Positions 51,746 to 64,000 of a DNA stretch of 64,000 nt are shown here, piece after piece. Every line of letters begins with the position of its first letter. Position 1 is the first letter of the stretch. The position numbers and the translations under genes are program-made. The notes under the pieces are model-generated. The model saw only the letters and a list, made by a program, of their open reading frames with translations, searched no databases and was not told the DNA's origin. Source of the stretch: Eledone cirrhosa (taxonomy: Eukaryota); assembly GCA_964016885.1 (NCBI GenBank), contig OZ024744.1, forward strand, positions 117,242,001 to 117,306,000, given 5' to 3'.

Positions 51746-53448
51746 CAGGGGTCACCAAATTCTTTTCACAGTGGGCCGGATAACTGAAGGAATGACGAGC
51801 GCGGGCCACATAATCATTCTGTTCAATACTTGCAAGCCAGAACGAAAGCTCTGGTAAAAAAGACGAAACACTACGTTTAGCATTCCATGTTAATCATGGG
51901 TGAGTGGCGTGCAATGCCCAAAAAACAAAGACAACCAACATATTTATTTACTAAAAAGTTATCAAAGAAGGCGACGTTAGCAAAAATATAGTTACATCAG
52001 ACCTAGTGTGCACATATCCGAATCTTATAAACTAAGCAGCAAAAAAGGTTAGTGAGATTTGTGAAACTGACGTTTGGCTTTCAAGATATCATCAATGTTT
52101 GGTTTGGAATTGCTGCATCCAATCTAGAGAATTGCTTTCAAATGTTCAGTTCATTCATGTGGGATGTGATGTTGACCAAAAATGACAACTGTGACAGCCA
52201 GGTAGGATCTGACAGCTGTGGATCAGCTCTATCTTTTTGAGTAAGAAAAACATCTATTTCGTTTCGGAGCTTGTAAAAACGAAACAGGACTTTACCACAG
52301 CTGAGCCACCTCACTGCTGTGTGATAAGACAAGTCACAGAAATCAGAATCAATTTCTTCAAGAAAAGCCTGGAACTGATGGTGATTGAGTGCCTGTCGCC
52401 GAATGAAGTTCACAGCAGAAACAACTGGTTTCAGTATACAAGAAATATCCAAGTCTTTCCCACAGAGTGCTTGCTGATGTATGATGCAGTGTATGAACAG
52501 ACCGCCCGGAATTTGCAAATCTTCCAACTGAGTCCTGATCTGCCCAACCAGACCATTCCTCACTCCAGCCATGTTTTTTCCTCCATCAACTGTAACACCT
52601 CGAAGCTGATTCCACTGAAGGTTATAGTCTTGCAAAGTTTTCTGCACTTTCATGGAAATGTCTTTTCCAGTTGTTGTTCCATGCATGCAGCAAACGGATG
52701 CCAACTCTTCCGTTATATGAAAGTCCAAATTGACACCATGAATGAACACGAGAAGTTGTGACATACTCGAGAGATCAGCAGACTCATCCAGCGCCAGAGA
52801 ATACCACAACAAGTTCCTAGCTTTCTCGCGTATCTGGAGCACTATGTTTTCTCCAAGTTCTTCTATTCTCCGCACAACTGAACTTGCCGAAAGGCTGATA
52901 CTTCCAAACTAATTGGTTTTCTTAGGACACAAGTCATTTGCTGCTTCCATCATACACTCTTTCAGTAAACGGTTTTCCTCGCTCTGCCAACTTATGCACT
53001 ATTTTGTAACTTGTACGAGTGACAGATTCATTTTCAGCAAACTTTCTCATGAAGAGATTTCTTTGAGTTTCTAAATCACGTTTCATGGACTCATATTTCT
53101 CAGAGCGTAACTTTGCAGAAAACTTTGAATATGTTGATAGATGTTTTGTTTCATAGTGACGCCGAAGATTGTACTCTTTCAAAATGGCAACACTTTCGCC
53201 GCATACCATGCAACTAGCTTTACTCCCCATTCTTCATTGTAAACGTGACACTCGACATCCACTTTTCTTTTCTTAGTAGCCATAATAAAGGGTGAAGAAA
53301 ACGGGATCTGAAAATGAAACAGACATTGAATTAGAAACATCTCGTGTTCCATCCGTTTTATCACGCAAATGCAAGTACCATAGGCGGGCCTGATGAACTG
53401 ACGTCGCAGGCCTGATCCGGCCCGCGGGCCGTAGTTTGGTGACCCCTG
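51746..53448 (-). mobile_element. hAT DNA transposon (Charlie/SPIN-like), internally deleted
   Basis: Perfect 14-bp TIRs CAGGGGTCACCAAA / TTTGGTGACCCCTG; 8-bp TSD CCATATAC at 51738-51745 and 53449-53456. Confidence 0.95.
52138..53283 (-). pseudogene. hAT transposase (GTF2IRD2/SPIN-like), frameshifted, C-terminus missing
   Basis: MATKKRKVD; BED finger CMVC..NLRRHYETKH; SLALDES; TVDGGKNM; HCIIHQQALC; RWLSCGKVL. Confidence 0.9.
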
Positions 53449-54289
53449 CCATATACTATATATTCTAACCCTATCTATATACAGTTCTACACCATATACT
53501 ATATTCTAACCCTATCTATATACAGTTCTAGACCATATACTATATATTACCCTATCTATATACAGTTCTAGACCATATACTATATATTACCCTATCTATA
53601 TACAATTCTACACCATATACTATATAATACCTTATCTATATACAATTCTACACCATATACTATATTCTAACCCTATCTATATACAATTCTACACCATATA
53701 CTATATATTACCCTATCTATATACAGTTCTACACCATATACTATATATTACCCTATCTGTATACAATTCTACACCATATACTATATAATACCTTATCTAT
53801 ATATAATTCTACACCATATACTAAATAATTGTTTCTACTTTAGGCACAAGGCCAGCAATTACCCAGTGCATTACTGGTACTTTATTATATACAATTCTAC
53901 ACCATATACTATATATTACCCTATCTATATACAATTCTACACCATATACTATATTCTAGCCCTATCTATATACAATTCTACACTATATACTATATATTAC
54001 CCTATCTATATACAATTCTACACCATATACTATATTCTAACCCTATCTATATACAATTCTACACCATATACTATATATTACCCTATCTATATACAATTCT
54101 ACACCATATACTATATATTACCCTATCTATATACAATTCTACACCATATACTATATTCTAACCCTATCTATATTCAGTTCTACACCATATACTATATTTT
54201 ACCCTATCTATATACAATTCTACACCATATACTATATATTTTACCCTATCTATATTCAGTTCTACACCATATACTATATTTTACCCTAA

Positions 54290-54820
54290 AAGACCATAGC
54301 ACTGTTTAATAGACCATATCATTCTATAAAAGATATTACTTTCTAAGAGACCATAGTATTGTCTAAAACCTATAGCACTGTTTAAAAGGTGACAGTATTG
54401 TCTAAAACAGTTGTAATGTTGTCTAAAATGGCTCTAGCACTGTTTAAAAGATTGTAGTGTTGTTTAAAATGGCTCTAGCACTGTTTAAAAGGTTGTAGTG
54501 TTGTTTAAAATGGCTCTAGCACTGTTTAAAAGGTTGTAGTATTGTTTAAAATGCCTCTAGCACTGTTTAAAAGGTTGTACTGTTGTCTAAAATGGCTCTA
54601 GCACTGTTTAAAAGGTTGTAGTGTTGTCTAAAATAAATATAACACTGTTTAAAAGGTTGAAGTGTTGTTTAAAATGGCTCTAGCACTGTTTAAAGGGTTG
54701 TAGTGTTGTCTAAAATGGCTCTAGCACTGTTTAAAAGGTTGTAGTGTTGTCTAAAATGAATATAACATTATTTAAAAGGTTGAAGTGTTGTTTAAAATGG
54801 CTCTAGCACTGTTTAAAAGG
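54290..54820. repeat. 41-bp minisatellite, ~12 copies, degenerate at left
   Basis: AAATGGCTCTAGCACTGTTTAAAAGGTTGTAGTGTTGT. Confidence 0.9.
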
Positions 54821-55154
54821 TCAGAGCACTAAAGCATTTAATCGCGTAACCAGTAGTCTCAGATTCACAGCTTTTCACTATTTAATTTGGCCTCAAAACA
54901 ATTGTTTTTCATGTTATTTGCTTGTTAATTAAATTCTAAAATCACCAAAGATAACATATTTTAACTTCAAATATTTTAATACCAAACTGCCTGAAATTCC
55001 ATTTGATTCTCTGTTATAAAACTGTTTTAAAATGTGTATAAAAATGTCTATATAAAATCATTCCTTCATGTTGTGTTCCAACGAGAAGCAAGTTTATATT
55101 ACCAAATCTCTTAAAATTCCTGATTACTTGCAAAATAATTTCCGAATCATAGGC

Positions 55155-56198
55155 AGTCTTTCATCAGAAATATGATAATGAAAGGGTTAATGATATACAC
55201 AGTGTCATTCATTAGAAATATGGTAATGAAAGGGTTAATAACATAGACTGTCTTTGCATTAGAAATATGGTAATGAAAGGGTTAATGACATAGACAGTGT
55301 CTTTCATTAGAAATATGGTAATGACAGGGTTAATGACATAGACAGTGTCTTTCATTAGAAATATGGTAATGAAAGGGTTAATGACATAGACAGTGTATTT
55401 CATTAGAAATAGGGTAAAGAAAGGGTTAATGACATAGACAGTGTCTTTCATTAGAAATATGGTAATGAAAGGATTAATGACATAGACAGGGTCTTTCATT
55501 AGAAATATGGTAATGAAAGGGTTAATGACATAGACAGTGTCTTTCATTAGAAATATGGTAATGAAAGGGTTAATGACATAGACAGTGTCTTTCATTAGAA
55601 ATATGGTAATGACAGGGTTAATGACATAGACAGTGTCTTTCATTAGAAATATGGTAATGAAAGGGTTAAAGACATAGCCAGTGTCTTTCATTAGAAATAT
55701 GGTAATGAAAGGGTTAATGACATAGACAGTGTCTTTGCATTAGAAATATGGTAATGAAAGGGTTAATGACATAGACAGTGTCTTTCATTAGAAATATGGT
55801 AATGACAGGGTTAATGACATAGACAGTGTCTTTCATTAGAAATAGGGTAAAGAAAGGGTTCATGACATAGACAGTGTCTTTCATTAGAAATATGGTAATG
55901 AAAGGGTTAATGTCATAGACAGTGTCTTTCATTAGAAATATGGTAATGACAGGGTTAATGACATAGACAGTGTATTTCATTAGAAATAGGGTAATGAAAG
56001 GGTTAATGACATAGACAGTGTCTTTCATTAGAAATATGGTAATGACAGGGTTAATGACATAGACAGTGTCTTTCATTAGAAATAGGGTAATGAAAGGGTT
56101 AATGACATAGACAGTGTCTTTCATTAGAAATATGGTAATGAAAGGGTTAATGACGTAGGCAGTGTCTTTCATTAGACATATGGTAATGAAAGGGTTAA
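55155..56198 (+). repeat. 48-bp minisatellite, ~22 copies, made of a TTAA-MITE-like terminus
   Basis: CAGTGTCTTTCATTAGAAATATGGTAATGAAAGGGTTAATGACATAGA; array stops exactly at AAAGGGTTAA. Confidence 0.93.
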
Positions 56199-56861
56199 GG
56201 GATAGGGTTAATTACATGGATAGACAGGTAGGGAGAGGAGGTAGATAGATAAGGTGGGTGGGGGGAAGATAGAGAGACTGGTAGGTATGGAGTTAGAGAA
56301 GGGGGGCTTTTCAATAGCTCAAATAACTGAAAAGGTTATTGAAAATAATTAGACACCACTTATGTAACATGTAAGAAATATATGAGTAACTATAACCAGA
56401 TGACTCTGGGGTAGCTTGATAACACTTGGGTAGAGTGTGTTCCCCATCCTACCCCTACCCCCATATATATATATATACACACACACACATACACACATAC
56501 ATAGGCATATAAATATATATATATACACACACATATATATATATTCATACACACATATATATATAATTATTTTTGTCATACACATGCCCACAAATATATG
56601 CATATTTACATAAACAGACACACAGATATTAGCTGTTGAGACACTGCATCCTTTAAAACCTCCATGCTTCCCGAGATTCGCCAACACTACACCTAATGTT
56701 CCCACTCCATACACACACACACACACATGTATATCATAACTCATACACTATTCACTTCCCTGATATTTGTATATTATTCTATGTACTATACATGCACCTT
56801 TGACGAGTTGTAGTGCACCCGAGCACTTTACACAATAATTTCATTATTATTATTATTATAG

Positions 56862-57190
56862 TTATTACTCCTTGAGTCTCAGTCATTGATGTTAGTTAAC
56901 CGGAAAGTCCGTTGGAATGAATATCAAGCCACTACCTGCAGCCTCAGATATTCAGGACGTATCGGAGGGTTCTTGCTGTTCCCTGCAAGCATGCCTTTTG
57001 AAGCGTTCCAAAAAGCGTGAAGGGGCCGATTTTCTTTAACCATCCCTGGAAACTTTTGGAGATAGTCCCTAGTGCGCCTATGACAATCAGGATCACTTTG
57101 ACTTCATGGCAGTTCCAAATCCTTTTTACCTCCCACTTTAGGTCCTGGTATCGGTTAATTTTCTCCCTCTCCTTCTCTTGCACTCTCGTG
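56862..57190 (-). mobile_element. Dong/R4-like LINE 3' end between (ATT)n tracts
   Basis: KEREKINRYQDLKWEVKRIW..VIGALG..LQKACLQGTARTLR; (TAA)n on both sides. Confidence 0.75.
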
Positions 57191-57191
57191 A

Positions 57192-57228
<37 letters not shown>

Positions 57229-57229
<1 letters not shown>

Positions 57230-57420
57230 GGTCGATGGATTGGCAGTATCGGTTGCGGGTCGGACGCCATGCTTTGAAGCATAGAGTTACGTCCCTTTAC
57301 GATCTGAGTTCAAATCCCCCTGAGGTTAACTTTGCCTTTCATCCTTACGGGGTTGATAAAATAAAGTACCAGTAATGCACTGGGATAATTACTGGCCTTG
57401 TGTCAAAAGTAGAAACAATT
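57229..57420 (+). mobile_element. Nin/Deu-type SINE
   Basis: Match to 8208-8396. Confidence 0.85.
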
Positions 57421-57442
57421 ATTATTATTATTATTATATATA

Positions 57443-58759
57443 TCATCATCATCATCATCATCATCATTTTACGTCCGCTTTTCCCTGCTTGCAAGGGTGG
57501 GACGGGTCTTATTCAGCATAGCATCTCTCCACTCGTCACGGTCCCTCGTCATCTCCACCGTGAGCTTCAATGATCTGAGGTCTGTTCTCACCACCTCCGC
57601 CCATGTTTTTCGTGGTCTACCTCTACCACGTCTTCCCTCAACTGGCATTTCCTGGCACTTCTTCACCCATCGGTCATCCTCCATGCACATCACATGTCCA
57701 TACCACCTCAGTCTCCTCTCCCGTACACTACATTCTATCCCTCTCAGACACAGTTTCTCTCTCAACACATTTATGCTGGGTCGTTCACGCACATTTACAC
57801 TGCACATCCAACGGAGCATGCTTGCCTCATTTCTCTCCAGCCGTCACATATCCTCTGCGGTTGCTGCCCATGTCTCACTACCATGCAGCATCGCGCTCCT
57901 CACACAGGCATCATACAACCGGCCTTTCGTACGCAGGGAGAAACCCTTCTTCGTCAACAGAGGAAGCAGCTCCCTAAACTTCTTCCAACCCGTCCTTATT
58001 CTAGATACTATGGCCTCGGAACACCCTCCTCCCATGCTAATCTGATCTCCTAGGTACCGGAAGCTATCCACCACTTCTATAGCGCCCTCTCGCATTTGAA
58101 AAATGTGTCTGTCAGTGCGACTTCTACTGTCTAATTTCCCTGTACATCTACTGCATACATATTTCTCCCTACCTGTTAATTTGCCTGCTATCCCGCTACA
58201 TCTCTTGTGTACCCAGGACCTGCATTGTGTGCATTTTATAGAATTTATGCCAGTTCCTTTTCTGCATATCGAACATGGCCATTTCCCTGACGGAATCAGG
58301 GTTTTGTCCTCTTTTCTACTCATCAACACTTTTGTCTTAGCTAGATTTACTCTCAGTCCTCTTGCTTCCAACTGCTGTTTCCATAGCCGGAATTTATTCT
58401 CTAGCTCCTCTACTGATTCTGCCATAAGAGCCAGATCGTCAGCATAGAGAAGTTCCCATGGACAGCCAGTCTTAAACTCCTCTGTTATGGCTTGGAGGAC
58501 TATAATGAACAAGAGCGGGCTGAGGACCGAACCCTGATGTACTCCTAATTGTATCTGGAATTCCTCACTAAACTCCATTCCTACCCTGACTTTACTGAGA
58601 GTACCTCTGTACAAAGTTTGCACTGTCCTCACAAGCCATTCCTCAACACCCAGCTTCCTTAGGGACCACCAGATGACAGATCGGTGTACCCTATCAAAGG
58701 CCTTCTCTAGGTCAACAAAGGCTAAGTATAGTGGCTTATTCTTCTCTAAGAACCTCTCT

Positions 58760-58762
<3 letters not shown>
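57443..58762 (-). mobile_element. RTE LINE, 5'-truncated, nearly intact reading frame (one stop at 57844)
   Basis: FVDLEKAFDRV, GVHQGSVLSPLLF, LLYADD, Cys-rich insert, FRYLG, RLRWYGHV, GRPRKTW, (GAT)n tail. Confidence 0.95.
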
Positions 58763-58803
<41 letters not shown>

Positions 58804-59541
58804 TACACTCACACAAGCATTTTAAGGTCATTTCCCCCCTTAAGCAAAGGTCAGACATGTGGCTTCTTCATCATCATCATCTCCATCACCACCATCATCT
58901 CCATCATTATCAACATCATCACCACCACCACCACCTGGGTGCTTTTATGTCAAGGCCTCACCACTGCCATCACCACCACCACCCCTCCACCACCAAATTG
59001 AGTGAGAGAGAATGTGAGAGAAAGTGAATGAGAGATAGGGGGATGAGAGAAAGAGAGAAAGGGATGCGTGAGAGAAAAAGAGAGAGAAAGGGATGCGTGA
59101 GAGAAAGAGAGGGGGGGTGAGGGAGAGAAGGGGAGGTGTGAGAGAAGGTGAATCAGAGAGAGAGTGAAAGAGAGAAATGGGGGTAAGAGAGAGAGAAGGG
59201 GGAGGTGTGAGAGAGAGTGAGAGAGAGAGGGAGTGAAAGAGAGAGAGGGGGTGAGAGAAAGTGAGAGAGAGAGAGAGAGAGTGTGTGAGAGAGAGAGGAA
59301 TGTATTTGGTAAGGATGTTTCCAGGTGTGTAGAACCTGAGAAACTCATTGAATAAATCCAGGTGAATGAGTTTGTAAAAGCACCTAGATATAAAAGATAT
59401 CACCTGGTGACACCAACAAGAGAGCCTAATACAGAATTGCTCAAACCGCTAGAAATAGCAGCTTATACTTCATATAATAATAATAAACATCCTTATAAAA
59501 AAGAATAAAGACAGGTTTGATAATTTCATCAACATAATTAT

Positions 59542-59879
59542 GGAGGCACATGGCTTAGTGGTTAGAGCATTGGCCTAGCAATCGAAAGGTTGCGAATTCA
59601 ATTCTCAGACCGGGTGATGTGTTGTTTCCTTGAGCAAGACTCTTTATTTCACATTGCTCCAGTTTACTCAGCTGTAGAAATGAGATGATAGGGACTGGGG
59701 TTCATATCATTCCACTGCAAAGTGGTCGTGCAGGTGCCACGGAAAAAAAGCACCCAGCACTCACTGTAAATGAGGTTGGTGTTAGGAAGGGCATCCAGCT
59801 GTAGAAATCAAGCCAGAATCAGTTCCCGTCCCACCCTTGCAAGCAGGGAAAAGTGGACGTAAAATGATGATGATGATGA
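59542..59879 (+). mobile_element. tRNA-derived SINE with RTE-LINE-like tail
   Basis: Same family as 20935-21281. Confidence 0.9.
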
Positions 59880-60084
59880 ATTGTAATCTATATCTTCAAA
59901 TTTACCATCACCACCATCATCATCACCACCATCACCACCACTACCATAATCATCACTACCACCATCATCACTACCACCATCATCACCATCAGCACCATCA
60001 TCATCACCATCATCACCACCACCACCACCACCACCATCATCATCATCACCACGACCACCACCATATTCATCACCACAAGCCCAT

Positions 60085-60825
60085 AGTGTCTGAACTGTGA
60101 TCTCTCAATTTGGAGAAGTAGCATCTCTACCTGGAGTGGTTCTCTGATCTCCAAGCTATAAATCTGTCTAGAGATTCTTTCCGTAGACATTCTAACCACA
60201 TGTCCATCATATCAGAGCTGTGATCTCTCAATCCAGCGATTCTTTCCTGAGACATTCTAACCACATGTCTGTAGTATCAGAGCTGTGATCTCTCAATTCA
60301 GAGATTCTTTCCTTAGACATTCTAACCACATGTCATAGTATCAGAGCTGTGATCTCTCAATTCAGACATTCTTTCCTTAGACATTCTAACCACATGTCAT
60401 AGTATCATAGCTGTGATCTCTCAATTCAGACATTCTTTCCTTAGACATTCTAACCACATGTCATAGTATCAGAGCTGTGATCTCTCAATTCAGACATTCT
60501 TTCCTTAGACATTCTAACCACATGTCTGTAGTATCAGAGCTGCGATCTCTCAATTCAGAGATTCTTTCCTTAGACATTCTAACCACATGTCTGTAGTATC
60601 AGAGCTGTGATCTCTCAATTCAGAGATTCTTTCCTTAGACATTCTAACCACATGTCATAGTATCATAGCTGTGATCTCTCAATTCAGACATTCTTTCCTT
60701 AGACATTCTAACCACATGTCATAGTATCAGAGCTGTGATCTCTCAATTCAGAGAAGTAGCAGTCCTACCAGGAGTGACTCTCTGATCTCTAAACTACACA
60801 CTCAATCAAGTATCATTACTCCTAA
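60085..60825 (-). repeat. 64-65-bp LINE-derived minisatellite, ~9 copies, with LINE flanks
   Basis: Reverse complement of the 16346-17112 unit. Confidence 0.92.
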
Positions 60826-60923
60826 AAGGGGAAGTTAAGTATTTTTATGGGTTCTTTTTCAATGACTAAAATGACTCTTGCATAATGCTTATTTTTCTCC
60901 TTTTTTGTTAATTCTCTTAACAG

Positions 60924-61213
60924 ATACCCACGTGACACGTACGCATCATACAGAAGCAAGCAGGCTCATCGTTGCGTGGGAGTTTACAAACGGTCAAAAT
61001 CTACACTTGATACCAGTCTCCTTGTTGATCAAGAGGATGACGAGAAAATCAAGAGTAACAATACATTTGGATGGAAAAGTGAGGACAATCTGGGACATGC
61101 TGGATTTCAATCAAGAGCTTCGTCTGAGCAATGTCTTACAAGAATTGATCAAGTACCTGATCCCCTCTACTTCCATCTATCGTCATCAACAGTATCACTA
61201 CCTACTGATGCTG
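60924..61213 (+). CDS. probable internal coding exon of an unidentified host gene (290 bp)
   Basis: Pyrimidine tract and CAG acceptor at 60921-60923, donor G|GTAAGT at 61214, non-repetitive open frame YPRDTYASYRSKQAHRCVGVYKRSKSTLD...SSSTVSLPTDA. Confidence 0.7.
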
Positions 61214-61294
61214 GTAAGTTGGTTATTTGTTTATTGTTTTATTTGTAGTGGAAGAAAGTAGAGAAAGAGGATGACCTAGGACAAAAAAATATAG

Positions 61295-61508
61295 TTAACC
61301 CTTCAGCATTCACATTACTCTATATATATATTATTGTATTTTTGTGGCAAAATATCTCACATAATATCAAATCTATGAGATTTTTATGTTATTTATTTTG
61401 AGAACTATACCTTAACAACAGTATGAGTGGCCAGTTACTACCGGTTTGAATAGAAAGAGATGAAAGAATTCTGGCCAGATATGGCCGGTTTAAATGGTAA
61501 AGGGTTAA
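61295..61508 (+). mobile_element. complete TTAA/piggyBac-type MITE
   Basis: TTAA|CCCTTCAGCATT ... AATGGTAAAGGG|TTAA. Confidence 0.8.
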
Positions 61509-62117
61509 ATATGACAAAGGAGGAAATGAAAGCCAGGAGTTTGGTAACAGAGATTACAAACAATATGGCAAAATGGAAATTCTTATCATGGCGCCGACAA
61601 GAATAATCCTTTCTTTTAATCATAACACCCCAATAACTTTTTTTTAAGTACATATTTTATCAACCTTTTTTGTGATAAAATGCAGGACATAAGCAGACAC
61701 TCATATTCTCTCTCTCTTTTATCTATCTCTTATTCTATCTCTCTCTCATTCTCTTCTCTCCCTCTCTATCTCTATATCTATCTCTTTCTCTTCTCTCCCT
61801 CTCTCTCTCTCTCTATCTATCTATCTCTCATTCTCTTCTGTCTCTCTCACTCTCTCATTCTCTTCTCTCCATCTCTCTCTCTATATATATATCTCTCATT
61901 TTCTCTCTCTCTCTCCCTCTCCCTCTCTCTCTTTCGCCTCTCTCTCTCCCTCCCACAAACACACACGAAAGACTTCTATACAGTTTCCAAATACCAAATT
62001 TCACTGACAAGGTATTGTGACCTATGATAAATCCACCATATCATAGGATAGACAGGTTGTCATGGACCAAGTCAGTCCTTAATTAGAACTGTTCTTGTTC
62101 TGTCATTGTTTCTATGA

Positions 62118-62301
62118 CTGGACACATCCAGTGACCAACCTGTCATTGGCTGGACACATCCAGTGACCAACCTGTCATTGGTTGGACACATCCAGTGACC
62201 AACCTGTCATTGGTTGGACACATCCAGTGACCAACCTGTCATTGGTTGGACACATCCAGTGACCAACCTGTCATTGGTTGGACACATCCAGTGACCAACC
62301 A
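62118..62301. repeat. 32-bp tandem repeat, ~5.5 copies, inside a decayed SINE/LINE tail
   Basis: TGGACACATCCAGTGACCAACCTGTCATTGG repeated. Confidence 0.9.
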
Positions 62302-62749
62302 CTTTACTTTACAAATGAATGAAACTCTAGACTCTGGGGAAACTAGTGTTGGTCTGTGTCAACAAATAGTGAACTACCGAAAGTTTACAAAGGGGAGTAA
62401 CTTATGTTGTACAGAAGAGAAAGGTGACAAACTGGCAGAGTCGTTAGAACATCAGATAGAATGCTTTGTAGTATTTATTTTGACCTTCTCTTCTCTCAGT
62501 TCAAATCCTGCAAGGTCAACTTTGCCTTTCATCTATAAAAAAAAAGTACCAGTCACATACTGGGGTCGATTCTTCCTCTATATCTCTTTCTCACTTCCAC
62601 TCTCTCACTCTCTCTATCTTTGTATGGAAGAAATCTGCTGTACTCAGGCCTGAAGAGAAGGGCTCTGCCAGGTTTTAAGATACCCAACAAACACTATATG
62701 TCAATATGGCACCCTATGACTTCTCTGGAAATATGGAACCATGTCATAC

Positions 62750-62945
62750 AGTATTGTACCATACCATACCATACTGTACTATACCATACCACACCATACC
62801 ATACTATACCACACCATACCATACCACACCATACCACACCATAGCATACTGTACCACACCACACCATACCACACGATACCACACCATACCCTACCATACC
62901 ACACTGTACCACACCATACCACACCATACTGTACCATACGATACT
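62750..62945. repeat. (ATACC/ACACC)n pentanucleotide repeat
   Basis: Direct inspection. Confidence 0.9.
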
Positions 62946-63504
62946 GAAGAAGAGGAAGGAGAAGTGGGAGTAGGAGAAAACTGATGTTTCAACTAGGACC
63001 CTTCATCAGAAAGAGAGAGGAGTGAGGGAAGCAGCGGATGACAACAAAGGGTCTTACTCAAAACATTGCTCTCTAATTCTGAGAGCTTTGCAGCCTCAGT
63101 CTTGGACGTGCGGTCCATTCTCCTCCAGGTACAGGTGACCCCTAAAGAGCATGTCCTCATCCTCGGGTCACTGATCCACCCGCCAGCCATCCAATCCACC
63201 ATCAGGTCCAGGCTCTTTGATTAGTAATGCTCCAACTTAGTAATCCATAAGCCATACAGAAACAACTGTCCTAGAAAAAGATAGAGTTAGCTGGATGGTA
63301 GTTTGTGTGGCAGAGGTCTCATTGGTTGATGTGGTAATGATGGTGAGAGGGGGTGGGCAGGAGGGGAATTGGGAGAGACGGCAATCTGTGAAACAGGTGC
63401 ATAGATTAGGCATGTTTGGGTTGAAAGGAAACAAAAAGAGATTACATTACTTGACAGAAAACAATAATAATAATAAAGAACCATATCCAAGATAATTTGG
63501 GATT

Positions 63505-64000
63505 ATTAACATTTACTTTACTCTATGTATACAATTGTATTTTCACAGTAAAGTCTTTATCTTACATAATATCTCACATAACATTTACATTACTCTATAT
63601 ATACTATTGTATTTTCACAGTAAAGTCTTTATCTTACATAATATCTCACATAACATTTACATTACTCTATATATACTATTGTATTTTCACAGTAAAGTCT
63701 TTATCTTACATAATATCTCACATAACATTTACATTACTCTATATATACTATTATATTCTCACAGTAAAGACTTTACCTCACATAATATCTCATAACATTT
63801 ACATTACTCTATATATACTATTGTATTTTCACAGTAAAGGCTTTACCTCACATAATATCTCACATAACATTTACATTACTCTATATATACTATTATATTC
63901 TCACAGTAAAGACTTTACCTCACATAATATCTCATAACATTTACATTACTCTATATATACTATTGTATTTTCACAGTAAAGTCTTTACCTCACATAATAT
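63505..64000. repeat. second array of the 72-bp MITE-derived unit, opposite orientation, cut by window edge
   Basis: Reverse complement of 9630-10188. Confidence 0.93.

Larger units (their letters stand above)
51390..54288. repeat. 40-42-bp minisatellite interrupted by a hAT element and a SINE fragment (53826-53885)
   Basis: ACCCTATCTATATACAGTTCTACACCATATACTATAT on both sides of the hAT. Confidence 0.92.

Noticed and set aside
51390-54288. Telomeric repeat (TAACCCTA)
   Set aside because: At most one motif per 41-bp unit, not tandem TTAGGG.

Overview
Eukaryotic, AT-rich, almost entirely repetitive DNA. The SINE, RTE-LINE, Tx1-LINE, Penelope and TTAA-MITE families look like those of an octopus (coleoid cephalopod) genome; this assignment is recognition by eye, not a database result. 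Only one convincing host coding exon is seen (60924-61213, + strand), so the window is probably mostly intron or intergenic DNA. It contains decayed LINEs (RTE, Tx1/L1, CRE-like, Dong/R4-like), Penelope-like elements, Helitrons, a hAT element with TIRs and an 8-bp TSD, many tRNA-derived SINEs and about 20 minisatellite arrays. Main points: (1) most minisatellite units are short pieces of SINEs, LINEs or MITE ends whose unamplified source copies lie in the same window, and several units recur as separate arrays in both orientations; (2) two well-formed type I hammerhead ribozymes sit in Penelope-like inverted repeats, one with a roughly 110-nt extended stem II; (3) two Tx1-like LINEs are stacked in tandem between three GATAGATAGATA motifs, suggesting microsatellite-targeted insertion. 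Most ORFs in the supplied track are repeat artefacts. Boundaries of decayed elements are approximate (tens of bp) and copy numbers were estimated by eye.
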